Assembly: GCA_947586835.1 (NCBI GenBank)
Contig: CANPXT010000002.1
Span: 23,009 to 87,008, forward strand
DNA: 64,000 nucleotides
Source of the DNA: an uncultured Alphaproteobacteria bacterium
Lineage (GTDB): Bacteria > Pseudomonadota > Alphaproteobacteria > CAAHEQ01 > UBA3637
Direction: 5' to 3'
A program made the translations under genes and the position numbers. Shown here piece by piece: positions 40,433-50,236 of the stretch. Within the stretch, counting starts at the first letter, position 1. Every line of letters starts with the position of its first letter. The notes under the pieces were generated by a model, which was not told the origin of the DNA, searched no databases, and was given only the letters and a program-made list of their open reading frames with translations.

Positions 40433-41626
40433 TCACTTAAACAACCGAATCGCTTTTTGAAGCGCTTTTATAAATAAATCAATATCCTGTTCGTCATTAT
40501 ATATTCCTAATGACACGCGCACGGATACACTTTGATGAAAGCATTTGTGTATGGGCATGGCGCAATGATGACCAACGCGCACGCAAATATGTTGTTGCGC
40601 CAACAAAAAAGCAATATCCGACGGATGAATCCCTTGAATTACAAACGATACAATGCCTTTTTTCAACGCAGGATCATTGCCGATAAACTCAATGTTTTCA
40701 AATTTCTTCAAATGAGAAATCAACAGCTGCGTTAATTCTTTTTCTCTTTGTTCAATTTGCGCCATACCGATTTGATTTACGTAATCAACGGCGGCTGCCA
40801 ATCCGACAGCCTGCACGAACGGCGGCGTGCCGGCTTCAAACTTATTCGGTAAATCGGCAAACGTTGTTTTTTCGATGCTGACTTCTTGAATCATATCGCC
40901 CCCGAACTGATACGGTGATAACGCTTTTAAAGCCGCTGATTTGCCGTATAACACACCGATTCCCGTGGGGCCGTACAGTTTATGCCCCGAAAAAGCAAAA
41001 TAATCACAATCCAAAGCGTTCATATCAACCGGTTGATGCGCTACGCTTTGTGCACCGTCAACCAACACTTCGGCTCCTGTTGCATGTGCCCTTTTTGTTA
41101 AAGCGCGAATATCGTTTTCCACCCCCAACACATTGGAAACATGTGTTAAAGCAACCATTTTGGTATGTGGCGATAACTGACGGGCAAAATCTTCCGTATC
41201 CGTTTCGCCGGACGGCAAAATTTGAAACGTTTTAAATGTTGCTCCGCTTTCCAGACACGCCTGTTGCCACGGCACGAAATTGGCATGATGTGCCGCAACG
41301 GAAACCAACACTTCATCGCCTTTTTTCAAACGTTTGGCATAACCGCTCGCCACTAAATTAATACTTTCCGTTGCTCCTTTGGTAAAAATAATTTGTTTGA
41401 CCGGCGCGTGAATAAACGCGGCAATGCTTTCCCGTGCCTGTTCATAACGCTCCGTTGCCCGATTGGCCAGCGTACAACTGCCCCGATGAACGTTGGCATA
41501 AGAAGATGCATACATTTGATAAAGCGTATCCAACACACACTTTGGTTTTTGCGTTGAAGCCGCCGAATCCAAAAATACCACGTTTTCATTTTGAAAAACG
41601 GGAAAATCTTTTTTATAATCGATCAT
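40433..41626 (-). CDS. sufS: cysteine desulfurase SufS
   Basis: FSGHKLYGPTGIG PLP-lysine motif and RVGHHCA active-site Cys. ATG at 41626. Confidence 0.9.
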   Translation of the reverse strand: MIDYKKDFPVFQNENVVFLDSAASTQKPKCVLDTLYQMYASSYANVHRGSCTLANRATERYEQARESIAAFIHAPVKQIIFTKGATESINLVASGYAKRLKKGDEVLVSVAAHHANFVPWQQACLESGATFKTFQILPSGETDTEDFARQLSPHTKMVALTHVSNVLGVENDIRALTKRAHATGAEVLVDGAQSVAHQPVDMNALDCDYFAFSGHKLYGPTGIGVLYGKSAALKALSPYQFGGDMIQEVSIEKTTFADLPNKFEAGTPPFVQAVGLAAAVDYVNQIGMAQIEQREKELTQLLISHLKKFENIEFIGNDPALKKGIVSFVIQGIHPSDIAFLLAQQHICVRVGHHCAMPIHKCFHQSVSVRVSLGIYNDEQDIDLFIKALQKAIRLFK

Positions 41627-42233
41627 GAAGCCACTCCCGAACAATAAAATGATACTTATCGGGCAAAATATCTTGCAAAAAAGCCGTTAACAAAAGCTGA
41701 TAAGCCGTTTTTTCATCAATACCGCGTGACAACAGATAAAACAGCTGATTTTTATCAACGGGTCCGACGGCAGATCCGTGCGAACAAATCACATCATCGG
41801 CAAAAATTTCCAGCTCGGGCGTCGCCTGAATCTGTGCCGTATCCGACAATAACACGGCACGATGATTTTGCGTTCCTTCACATTTTTGCGCATCGGATAA
41901 AATATGAATGGAGCCATAAAAAGCGCATTTTGCCCGATCGGCAACAATTCCTTTTACCAATTGCGCCGATTTTGTTTTTCCCGCTGCATGTGTCACATCA
42001 AAAATCAGCGATTTTTGCTCGCTTTCGGCCCCGAAATAAACGCATTTTAAATCACACGAAGCGCCTTCTTCTTTTAACACGACTTTTAAAGCAATCGACT
42101 CATTCGTTTGAATAAACAAACACTCAAAGTGTTCATTTTTCCGCACTTCAATAACCGACGGCACCGTTTTAAAATCCGCCGGTTCGTAAACGCCGTTTTT
42201 TTTGACTAAACAGATGTTACTTATATTCTTCAT
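41613..42233 (-). CDS. sufD: Fe-S assembly protein SufD, unusually short
   Basis: Beta-helix core and C-terminal QLFYLLSRGI...A..LL motif. ATG at 42233 lies inside the sufC 3' end, after an AAAAGGG RBS. Confidence 0.7.
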   Translation of the reverse strand: MKNISNICLVKKNGVYEPADFKTVPSVIEVRKNEHFECLFIQTNESIALKVVLKEEGASCDLKCVYFGAESEQKSLIFDVTHAAGKTKSAQLVKGIVADRAKCAFYGSIHILSDAQKCEGTQNHRAVLLSDTAQIQATPELEIFADDVICSHGSAVGPVDKNQLFYLLSRGIDEKTAYQLLLTAFLQDILPDKYHFIVREWLHDRL

Positions 42234-42966
42234 AACCCTTTTCTTCCACCTGTAACGCCAATGATTGATCGCCTGATTTGACAATGCGTCCGTCAACTAA
42301 AATATGCACAAAATCAGGTTTAATATAATCCAACAACAAGTGATGATGCGTAATTAACAAAAATGAACGCGTACTTGATCGCAACACGTTAATTCCGTCG
42401 GCAACCACTTTCAAAGAATCAACATCTAACCCCGAATCCATCTCGTCCAAAATACAAAAATCAGGCTCCAAAAACGCCATTTGAAACGTTTCCATTTTCT
42501 TTTTTTCACCGCCCGAAAATCCGACATTTACAGGACGTTTTAACATTTCATCGGTTACTTTCAAGGCCTTGGATCTGAGTTTTAACCGTTTCATATATTG
42601 AACGGCATCCAGCTCTTTCTCTCCCAAATATTTTCTCTTGGCATTTAAAGCCGTTTTTAAAAACAAGGCTGTACTCACCCCCGGCAATTCCGTCGGATGC
42701 TGAAACGCCAAAAACACGCCTTCATTGGCGCGCATATCCGGCGTCATAGCCAGCAAATCTTTCTCTTTAAACGTTACTTCGCCTCGGGTAACCCGATAAG
42801 CCGGATTTCCCGCAATCACATTGGAAAGCGTGCTTTTGCCGGCGCCGTTCGGTCCCATAACGGCATGCACCTCTCCGGCATTGATTTTTAACGAAAGCCC
42901 TTTTAATATTTCTTTTTCGCCGATTCCGGCATATAAATTTCGAATGTCTAAAAACGTCATATTCAT
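42217..42966 (-). CDS. sufC: Fe-S assembly ATPase SufC
   Basis: GPNGAGKST, FSGGEKKK, ILDEMDSGLD and ITHH motifs. Confidence 0.95.
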   Translation of the reverse strand: MNMTFLDIRNLYAGIGEKEILKGLSLKINAGEVHAVMGPNGAGKSTLSNVIAGNPAYRVTRGEVTFKEKDLLAMTPDMRANEGVFLAFQHPTELPGVSTALFLKTALNAKRKYLGEKELDAVQYMKRLKLRSKALKVTDEMLKRPVNVGFSGGEKKKMETFQMAFLEPDFCILDEMDSGLDVDSLKVVADGINVLRSSTRSFLLITHHHLLLDYIKPDFVHILVDGRIVKSGDQSLALQVEEKGYEEYK

Positions 42967-43238
42967 TCCTCTAACCTTTTAATCACTTTTTGCAATTTTA
43001 TCGGTATGCGCTCCTGAACGGCCTGTTCGATTTGATAAATATGTTTCATTTGCGCCAACATAATTTCAACATCTGCCGTTTCATCAATCACGGCATCTAA
43101 ATTATCTTTATTGCGATTGATGTTTTTAATCAATTCTTTTTGCAATTCGCTCATTTCCTCCAACAAGGTTAAAATCAGTGAGGATTTTCCCCATTTTTGA
43201 ACGGCTTTCTCCATAATTTCCTTTGACACAGCGCCCAT
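42963..43238 (-). CDS. small MazG-like (all-alpha NTP pyrophosphohydrolase-like) protein
   Basis: 91 aa. EEMSELQKE followed by ETADVEIML resembles the MazG EExxE...ExxD metal motifs. Translationally coupled to sufB and sufC. Confidence 0.5.
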   Translation of the reverse strand: MGAVSKEIMEKAVQKWGKSSLILTLLEEMSELQKELIKNINRNKDNLDAVIDETADVEIMLAQMKHIYQIEQAVQERIPIKLQKVIKRLEE

Positions 43239-44692
43239 TATCCGATACTCCCTTCCAGTTGAATGCCGATCAGCCGTTGCGCTTCAATGGCAAACTCCAT
43301 CGGCAGTTTTTGCATTACTTCCCGACAAAAACCGTTCACAATCAACCCGATGGCTTCTTCCGTCGATAACCCGCGCGATTGCGCATAAAACAATTGCTCC
43401 TCCGATATTTTACTCGTCGTGGCTTCATGTTCGATAACGGCCGTGTGGTTAGCACTTTTCATCACGGGAACAGTGTGTGCCCCACAGCGATCACCAATCA
43501 GCAAACTGTCACATTTTGAAACATTACGGGCATTTTGAGCCGTCGGCGCCATTTGCACCAACCCGCGATATGTATTATTGGAATGACCGGCGGAAATGCC
43601 TTTGGAAATAATGGTTGAAGAGGTATTTTTGCCTAAATGAATCATCTTCGTTCCCGTATCTGCCTGCTGATAATTGTTGGTAAGCGCAACCGAATAAAAT
43701 TCACCGACCGACTCATCGCCTTTTAAAATGCAAGACGGATATTTCCATGTGATGGCAGAACCCGTTTCAACCTGTGTCCACGACAATTTGGCTTTACGAT
43801 GACACAATCCGCGCTTGGTTACAAAATTATAAATACCGCCTTTGCCTTCTTTATCCCCCGGATACCAATTTTGAACCGTGGAATATTTCACGAATGCCTT
43901 TTCATGCACGATAATTTCAACAATGGCGGCATGCAGTTGATTTTCATCACGTTGCGGCGCCGTACATCCTTCCAAATAACTGACGGACGATTCGTCATCG
44001 GCAATGATGAGCGTTCGTTCAAACTGTCCCGTATTTTGAGTATTGATTCGAAAATAACTCGACAATTCCATCGGACATGTAATTCCTTTGGGAATATAAA
44101 CAAATGAACCATCCGAAAAAACGGCACTGTTTAAAGCTGCGAAAAAATTATCGGTATAGGGTACAACACTCCCTAAATATTTCTGCACCAATTCGGGATA
44201 ATCCCGAACGGCTTCGGAAATCGAGCAAAACAAAATACCTTTTTCCTTTAAAGCAGCCTTATAAGTCGTGGCAACGGAAACACTGTCAAAAATAGCATCG
44301 ACCGCCACGCCGGAAAGAATTTTTTGCTCTTTTAAAGGAATACCGAGTTTTTCATAAGTGTCCAATAATTTCGGATCAACTTCCTCTAAGCTTTTCGGCG
44401 CTTTTTTTGTTTTGGGCGCGGCATAATAATGCAAACTTTGATAATCAACGGGAGTATAAGTTAATTTTCCCCAGTGAGGTTCGGAAAGCGTGAGCCAATG
44501 ACGATAAGCCTTTAATCGAAAGCTCAAAAGCCAATCAGGCTCGTTTTTTTGTGCCGATATATAACGAATCACTTCTTCCGACAGTCCTTTCGGCGCCATA
44601 TCGGATTCAATATTTGTTTGAAAGCCGTATTTGTAGGGTTCCGAAACAAATCGGGTAATCTGATTATTTTCCTGTTTCATTTTTTCACTCAT
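43238..44692 (-). CDS. sufB: Fe-S assembly scaffold SufB
   Basis: YKYGF start, [11 protein letters not shown], and an FCREV...LP.EFA.EA..L C-terminus. Start is uncertain (ATGs at 44740, 44692, 44680). Confidence 0.9.
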   Translation of the reverse strand: MSEKMKQENNQITRFVSEPYKYGFQTNIESDMAPKGLSEEVIRYISAQKNEPDWLLSFRLKAYRHWLTLSEPHWGKLTYTPVDYQSLHYYAAPKTKKAPKSLEEVDPKLLDTYEKLGIPLKEQKILSGVAVDAIFDSVSVATTYKAALKEKGILFCSISEAVRDYPELVQKYLGSVVPYTDNFFAALNSAVFSDGSFVYIPKGITCPMELSSYFRINTQNTGQFERTLIIADDESSVSYLEGCTAPQRDENQLHAAIVEIIVHEKAFVKYSTVQNWYPGDKEGKGGIYNFVTKRGLCHRKAKLSWTQVETGSAITWKYPSCILKGDESVGEFYSVALTNNYQQADTGTKMIHLGKNTSSTIISKGISAGHSNNTYRGLVQMAPTAQNARNVSKCDSLLIGDRCGAHTVPVMKSANHTAVIEHEATTSKISEEQLFYAQSRGLSTEEAIGLIVNGFCREVMQKLPMEFAIEAQRLIGIQLEGSIG

Positions 44693-44808
44693 TTTAAAAA
44701 AAGAATGCACTTTTTTTGAAAAAAAGTCAAGAAAAAGCATTTTTTTACTTGTAATCTGATTAAAAAACGGCTAATCTACTTTCATCTGGTAAGGAGAAAA
44801 AACATTTT

Positions 44809-45867
44809 ATGCCCGAAAATGCCGATTATTTATCTTTATTACACGGTATATTTTTTACGACAACAATTTTGTTTATGATTCTTTCATGTGCATTGGTTCG
44901 TCGAATTGCTCGATTACGGGCTAAAATCGATTGTTTTCGCGAACAAATTAATGAACAAACCAAAGCACTTTCCAAAAAAGAAAGCCCGTTAAAATATTTA
45001 AAACCATATGAATCCGAATCATCAAAAAGCATTATCGTTTCGGTTGATTCTCATCACAAAATTACTTATGTCAATGATTATGCTGAAGAATTTTTCGGCT
45101 TTACACAATCGGAAATGATCGGCAAAAACGTTTTTCAAACCATTTATGCCGGTGAAGAAACGGAAAAAGAAAGCGAACATAAAAATATTATCGATCAAAT
45201 TTTAACTTATCCGCACATGTACTTGGAAAACGAAAGCGAAGCCACCAAAAAGAACGGGGAAAAGGTTTGGATTTCGTGGACAAATCGCATTATTTACGAT
45301 GAGTCGGGCAAACCCAAAGAAATTCGTTCGGTCGGGTTTGATATTACAAAACGCAAGCAATTGGAACAACAGCTTCTTTCGCTTTCATCATTCGATTCGG
45401 TCACACAGGTTTATAATCGCGAATCGTTTTTGCAGGCCGGCATTAAAGAATTAAAGCGGGCGGAAAGATACAATCGACAAATGAGCCTGATTATCATGCG
45501 ATTCGATTTTTTCCATACCGTTCAATCCGAGCAGGAATTCAGCGATGAAATTTTAAAAGATATTATTGATATTTGTGAAAAATCCATTCGTGAATCTGAT
45601 ATTATCGGTCGCTTAAACGATATTGAATTCGGTATTATTTTACCTGAGACCCCCATCGAAAACGCCCTCTTTTTTGCCGAACAATTAAAACGAAAAATTC
45701 AGGAACGCAACCTTAACAATAAAGACTTTTTCGTCAATGCCATATTCGGTGTTGCCGAAAAAACAAAAAATGCGACCATCGACACACTGTTAACAAAAGC
45801 CTTTACGGCTTTAAAAACCAATGAAAAATCATCTGCGCAACAAAAACGCAAAGGAGTCAGAAAATGA
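44809..45867 (+). CDS. membrane-anchored PAS-GGDEF protein with degenerate GGDEF motif
   Basis: N-terminal TM, PAS-like region, DSVTQVYNR, and NDIEF in place of GGDEF (RLNDIEFGIILPET). Confidence 0.7.
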   Translation: MPENADYLSLLHGIFFTTTILFMILSCALVRRIARLRAKIDCFREQINEQTKALSKKESPLKYLKPYESESSKSIIVSVDSHHKITYVNDYAEEFFGFTQSEMIGKNVFQTIYAGEETEKESEHKNIIDQILTYPHMYLENESEATKKNGEKVWISWTNRIIYDESGKPKEIRSVGFDITKRKQLEQQLLSLSSFDSVTQVYNRESFLQAGIKELKRAERYNRQMSLIIMRFDFFHTVQSEQEFSDEILKDIIDICEKSIRESDIIGRLNDIEFGIILPETPIENALFFAEQLKRKIQERNLNNKDFFVNAIFGVAEKTKNATIDTLLTKAFTALKTNEKSSAQQKRKGVRK

Positions 45868-46754
45868 AAGAATTGATTTTGAAAAACAACAAAGTTCAAT
45901 TAGGTATTTTACCGGAACTCGGGGCTTCGCTTTCTTTTTTAAAGTATATGCAAAACAATACCGTTCGCGACATTCTGCGCCCGCTCGAAACCGGCGGTAA
46001 AGTTGATGCCAACAATGCCTCTCTTTTTCCCATGATACCATTTTGCGGACGAATTCGCGGCGGCAGTTTTGTTTATTTCGGCATTACTCGAAAAATGGCT
46101 AAAAACCACACCGGTATTGTTGATCCCATTCACGGTGACGGGTGGAAATCGGTTTGGCAAGTGCAATCACAGCAAGATGATAAAATTGTTTTAACGTTGA
46201 CTCATGATAAAGATAAAGGCGGTTTTCCTTTTTCATATAATGCTGAATTGAGTTATACTTTAAAGAAAACGCGATTAGAAATTGAAATGAAAATCACCAA
46301 TCCGGGACCGCTTCCCATGCCGTGCGGAATGGGAATTCATCCGTTTTTTGTGAAAACAAAAGAAGTTGAGCTTGATTTTGTTACGCAAATGGTGTGGAGT
46401 AATGAATCTGACCCGATTTTCGATAAACCGTATGAAACACCGTCCACATGGCAATTTCAAGGAGGCAGACCGCTCAAAAATGCCGTTTTCGACACTTGTT
46501 TTGATGGTTTTGATGGCAAGGCTTCCATTTTATATCCTGATACGGGTATTACCGTTAATATTGAAGCGGACAATCAGTTCAAACATGTTGTTTTATATGC
46601 ACCGCGCGGAAAAAACTTTTTCTGTTTGGAACCGGTTTCAAATGCTATCAACGCCTTTAATCTGGCTGCAAACGGTACCATCGGCACCGGTATGAAAAGT
46701 ATTGGTCCCGAACAAAGTATGAGCGGTAAACTGGCTCTTGAAATTCACGGATAG
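45864..46754 (+). CDS. aldose 1-epimerase family protein
   Basis: About 296 aa beta-sandwich. HGDGW, GMGIHPFF and FCLEP motifs. AAGGAG RBS. Confidence 0.75.
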   Translation: MKELILKNNKVQLGILPELGASLSFLKYMQNNTVRDILRPLETGGKVDANNASLFPMIPFCGRIRGGSFVYFGITRKMAKNHTGIVDPIHGDGWKSVWQVQSQQDDKIVLTLTHDKDKGGFPFSYNAELSYTLKKTRLEIEMKITNPGPLPMPCGMGIHPFFVKTKEVELDFVTQMVWSNESDPIFDKPYETPSTWQFQGGRPLKNAVFDTCFDGFDGKASILYPDTGITVNIEADNQFKHVVLYAPRGKNFFCLEPVSNAINAFNLAANGTIGTGMKSIGPEQSMSGKLALEIHG

Positions 46755-46799
46755 GTGGCTTATTTTTTTCTTTGTTATTTTACAACAAAAGGATTTTTC

Positions 46800-48215
46800 A
46801 TGGACAGACCGTTAACTAAAATTGTGGCAACGCTGGGACCTGCTTCTTCCGGCAAAGAAAATATACGGGCTTTGGCGGCAGCCGGTGTTAATGTTTTTCG
46901 GCTTAATTTCAGTCACGGAACACATGAAACACATCAAGAAAATTTTACCTTTATTCGCGAAACGGCAAAAGAAAATCAAACGCATTACAGCATTTTAGCT
47001 GATATGCAAGGGCCGAAGCTGCGTGTCGGTGTTTTTAAAAATAAATCCGTAACTCTTGTAAACGGGCAATCGTTTCGAATGGATATGTCCGATGCGGCGG
47101 GTGATGAAAAACGTGTTTCACTACCGCATCCGGAAATCTACGCCGTTTTAAAAGAAGGTATGATATTGCTCTTAAATGACGGACAAATTCAGCTTTCCGT
47201 TAAAGATTTCGGCAAAGATTATGTGAATACAACCGTTTTGGTCGGCGGTGAGCTCTCCGATCACAAAGGTGTCAACGTCCCGGATGTTATTTTGCCGATT
47301 AACGCCTTAACGCCTAAAGATATTATTGATTTAAATTTTGCATTGGAAATGGGCGCTGATTGGATTTGTCTTTCTTTCGTGCAACAACCGGATGACGTAC
47401 GTCAAGCCCGAAAAATCGTTCAGGATAAAGCCGGTATTATCGTCAAAATTGAAAAACCGGCTGCTTTAAAGCATATTGATGAAATTATTGATTTATGTGA
47501 CGGAATTATGGTGGCACGCGGGGATTTGGGTGTTGAATGTCCGCTGGAATCCGTGCCGGGTATCCAACGAAAGCTTGTTGAAAAATGTCGCTTACAGGGG
47601 AAACCCGTTATTGTGGCAACGCAAATGCTGGAAAGTATGATTCAAGCACCGGTTCCGACACGAGCTGAGGTATCTGATGTGGCAACCGCTGTTTTCGAAG
47701 GTGCCGATGCCGTTATGCTTTCCGCCGAAACGGCAGCAGGACGTTATCCCGTACAAGCCGTTCAAATGATGCGTCGAATTATTATGACCGTTCAAAAAGA
47801 TCCGATTTATCGGCACGCCATGGAATCGTTTTCCATGCCGCCGGATAAAACGATTGCCAGTGCCATTACATCCGCGATGAAACAATTGGTTAAAGTTTTG
47901 GGAAGACCGGCGTTAATTGTTACTTATTCCGTTTCCGGCAAAACAACCATGCGGGCAGCGCGAGAACGCGTACTGGTTCCGATTTTGAACTTAACCATCG
48001 AAGAAAAAGTAGCAAATAAACTGGCTTTAATCTGGGGTGTTTGTTCCGTATTGACTAAGCAATTGCAAGATATGTCACAAGTCACGCCGATTGCCATTCA
48101 AGAAGCCGTACGCATGGGCTATGCCAAAACAAACGATGAATTGGTTATAACGGCGGGAATTCCTTTTGCCAAGCAAGGCAATACCAACATTTTACATGTT
48201 GCCAAAGTTGAATAA
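46800..48215 (+). CDS. pyk: pyruvate kinase
   Basis: TKIVATLGPAS, FRLNFSHG, MVARGDLGVE and TQMLESM motifs. ATG at 46800; the track's GTG extension is rejected. Confidence 0.9.
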   Translation: MDRPLTKIVATLGPASSGKENIRALAAAGVNVFRLNFSHGTHETHQENFTFIRETAKENQTHYSILADMQGPKLRVGVFKNKSVTLVNGQSFRMDMSDAAGDEKRVSLPHPEIYAVLKEGMILLLNDGQIQLSVKDFGKDYVNTTVLVGGELSDHKGVNVPDVILPINALTPKDIIDLNFALEMGADWICLSFVQQPDDVRQARKIVQDKAGIIVKIEKPAALKHIDEIIDLCDGIMVARGDLGVECPLESVPGIQRKLVEKCRLQGKPVIVATQMLESMIQAPVPTRAEVSDVATAVFEGADAVMLSAETAAGRYPVQAVQMMRRIIMTVQKDPIYRHAMESFSMPPDKTIASAITSAMKQLVKVLGRPALIVTYSVSGKTTMRAARERVLVPILNLTIEEKVANKLALIWGVCSVLTKQLQDMSQVTPIAIQEAVRMGYAKTNDELVITAGIPFAKQGNTNILHVAKVE

Positions 48216-48243
48216 AAGTTGAAAAAAAGCTTATTAATCATTC

Positions 48244-48276
48244 AAAAAAACCGCCCTGATAAAGAGCGGCTTTTTT
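48244..48276. terminator. bidirectional terminator between convergent pyk and rpmB
   Basis: A7-CCGCCC...GAGCGG-CT6. One C.A mismatch in the stem. Confidence 0.6.
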
Positions 48277-48295
48277 AATCTTTCGGAAAAAAAAC

Positions 48296-48589
48296 TTATA
48301 AACCTTTTTTAGCTTTGGCGCCGGCAATTCGATTCCGTAATTCTTTGCATTCTTCCGTTAATTTTGAAACAGATGTGTTTAACAAATACGAATCTAATCC
48401 GCCGTTTTTCTCAATGGTTCTCAAACCGTTTGAACTGATACGTATATTGATTTTTTGATCCAAAATTTCACTGTAAACCGAAACGTTCTGCAAATTCGGC
48501 ATAAACCGACGACGTGTTTTACGGTTAGATTTACTCACATTGTTACCTGTTTGAACAGTTTTTCCCGTGACGATACATTTTTTTGTCAT
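48296..48589 (-). CDS. rpmB: 50S ribosomal protein L28
   Basis: MTKKCIVTGK...GNNVS.SN.KT.RRF.PNLQ signature. The second ATG has a properly spaced AAGGG RBS. Confidence 0.9.
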   Translation of the reverse strand: MTKKCIVTGKTVQTGNNVSKSNRKTRRRFMPNLQNVSVYSEILDQKINIRISSNGLRTIEKNGGLDSYLLNTSVSKLTEECKELRNRIAGAKAKKGL

Positions 48590-48682
48590 GGCATTCATCC
48601 CTTTCTCATAAAAATATAAAAAAACGTTGGGACTAGTTATATCTGATTTTCAAATAAAAGTCAAGCATTTTTTTTCATTTTG

Positions 48683-50224
48683 TTAAAAGGGATATAAATC
48701 CGGTAGCGGTTTTTTATGTGAATCGGCAGCTTTTTCATTTTTTTTGAGCTCTGAAACCAAAGTTTTAACTCGGCGTACACGCATAAAATACATACAACCG
48801 CCCAAGCAAAGAAGCAAAAACAAAAACCCGAAACCGCCGATTAAAAAATAATCACGCGTGCTTTGCGAAACAGTTTTTTCAGCTGCTTTCAAGGGGGGTA
48901 TCGGTTTTTGAACCACTTCATTTGCCTTTAAAATCTCGGGCTCACTTTTTGAAGGCGGTGTCGGTTGTTGCACTTGCATAACCCCAGCTGCCGAATCGGC
49001 TTCCACCGTGATTTCTTTGGCCGGCAAAAGAGCCGTTTCGCCTTTTTTATCTTTCGTATTAAACCATGAAACTTTTATTTCCGGTATGATCATCTTTCCC
49101 GATTCGGTCGGAACCAATACAAATGTCATTTCTTCATATCCCGTTAATCCTTCCGCGGTTGTCATTTGTCCGCGTTGATCGGGATTGGCATAAACTTTCA
49201 CTCCCTGCCCCGCCGGTTGCACCAACAACGGCAACTGATGTCCTTCAACACCCGATGCCTGCAAGCGAACACGTCGTTCAATCGGCTGACCGACTTTCAA
49301 TGTCTGCGGGAATTGATACGTTTCAGAAAGCGTAACCTTGCGGGAAGGTAACCACCAACCTTTCCAATCATCAGGTTTGGGAAGAACAGTTAATTGTATC
49401 GGTTGTGACTGCCGATAAACTTCTTTTTGCGGTAATCCGAAAGCCGCGTCAAAAAAAGGATCTTGTCCGAATAAATCCGGAAATCCGAAACGGGAAGATT
49501 TAAAATTTTTATCGGGCAAATATCCGATAACTCCCGCCGGCGGAACAGTAAAATCACCGCTTTGTTTGGGTGTTAACAAAAAATTTCTTTCAAAAAAACG
49601 AGCCGGCTGATTTTGAATAAGGGTTCGCCCCATTTTATCATTACCCAATTGTGTAAACGTAAAATTTTCATCCGGCGACATTTCAACTTGTGCCTGCGTC
49701 AAGCCGATATTTTCCGTAAATCGAACCGAATATAAAGCCGTTTCACCGATATATATTTCCTTCGGCTCAATTTGCGCCTCGACTTGAAATAAAGAATCCG
49801 CCGGCATCGATTGTGTGGCATCGGAAACGTTCGATTGTGAAGTATCGGAAGCGTTCGAAGACGCGACGGGCAAAGCCGCCTGCTCCGATACCGTAACCGT
49901 TTGAGCCGGTAACTGTGTTTGATTCATTTCAAACGGTCCGATTGAGAATGTTCCGACTTCTTTCGGAAAAACCGATAAAATTAATCGGTGCGATTGTGAT
50001 TGAACACCGTTAATAATACTGCTGTTAAAAGCACTTTGCTGTCCGCGAACAACGAAATGCTCCTGTAATGTACTTAAATCGGGTACTTGTCCGATCGGTT
50101 GCGTATCTTCAAAAATAATTTGCATTTGTTCACCGATTTTCGGCGTTTGAGTAGAAAGCGTCATTGTCGGCGCCGCTAAAGCTTGCCCCGAAACAAAAAA
50201 TAAACATAAAAATAATTTTTTCAT
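48683..50224 (-). CDS. BatD-like (oxygen tolerance) protein
   Basis: Signal peptide, large beta-rich ectodomain, C-terminal TM plus basic tail. Position after the BatA/BatB-like genes. Confidence 0.6.
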   Translation of the reverse strand: MKKLFLCLFFVSGQALAAPTMTLSTQTPKIGEQMQIIFEDTQPIGQVPDLSTLQEHFVVRGQQSAFNSSIINGVQSQSHRLILSVFPKEVGTFSIGPFEMNQTQLPAQTVTVSEQAALPVASSNASDTSQSNVSDATQSMPADSLFQVEAQIEPKEIYIGETALYSVRFTENIGLTQAQVEMSPDENFTFTQLGNDKMGRTLIQNQPARFFERNFLLTPKQSGDFTVPPAGVIGYLPDKNFKSSRFGFPDLFGQDPFFDAAFGLPQKEVYRQSQPIQLTVLPKPDDWKGWWLPSRKVTLSETYQFPQTLKVGQPIERRVRLQASGVEGHQLPLLVQPAGQGVKVYANPDQRGQMTTAEGLTGYEEMTFVLVPTESGKMIIPEIKVSWFNTKDKKGETALLPAKEITVEADSAAGVMQVQQPTPPSKSEPEILKANEVVQKPIPPLKAAEKTVSQSTRDYFLIGGFGFLFLLLCLGGCMYFMRVRRVKTLVSELKKNEKAADSHKKPLPDLYPF

Positions 50225-50236
50225 TTTAAGTGTCCT

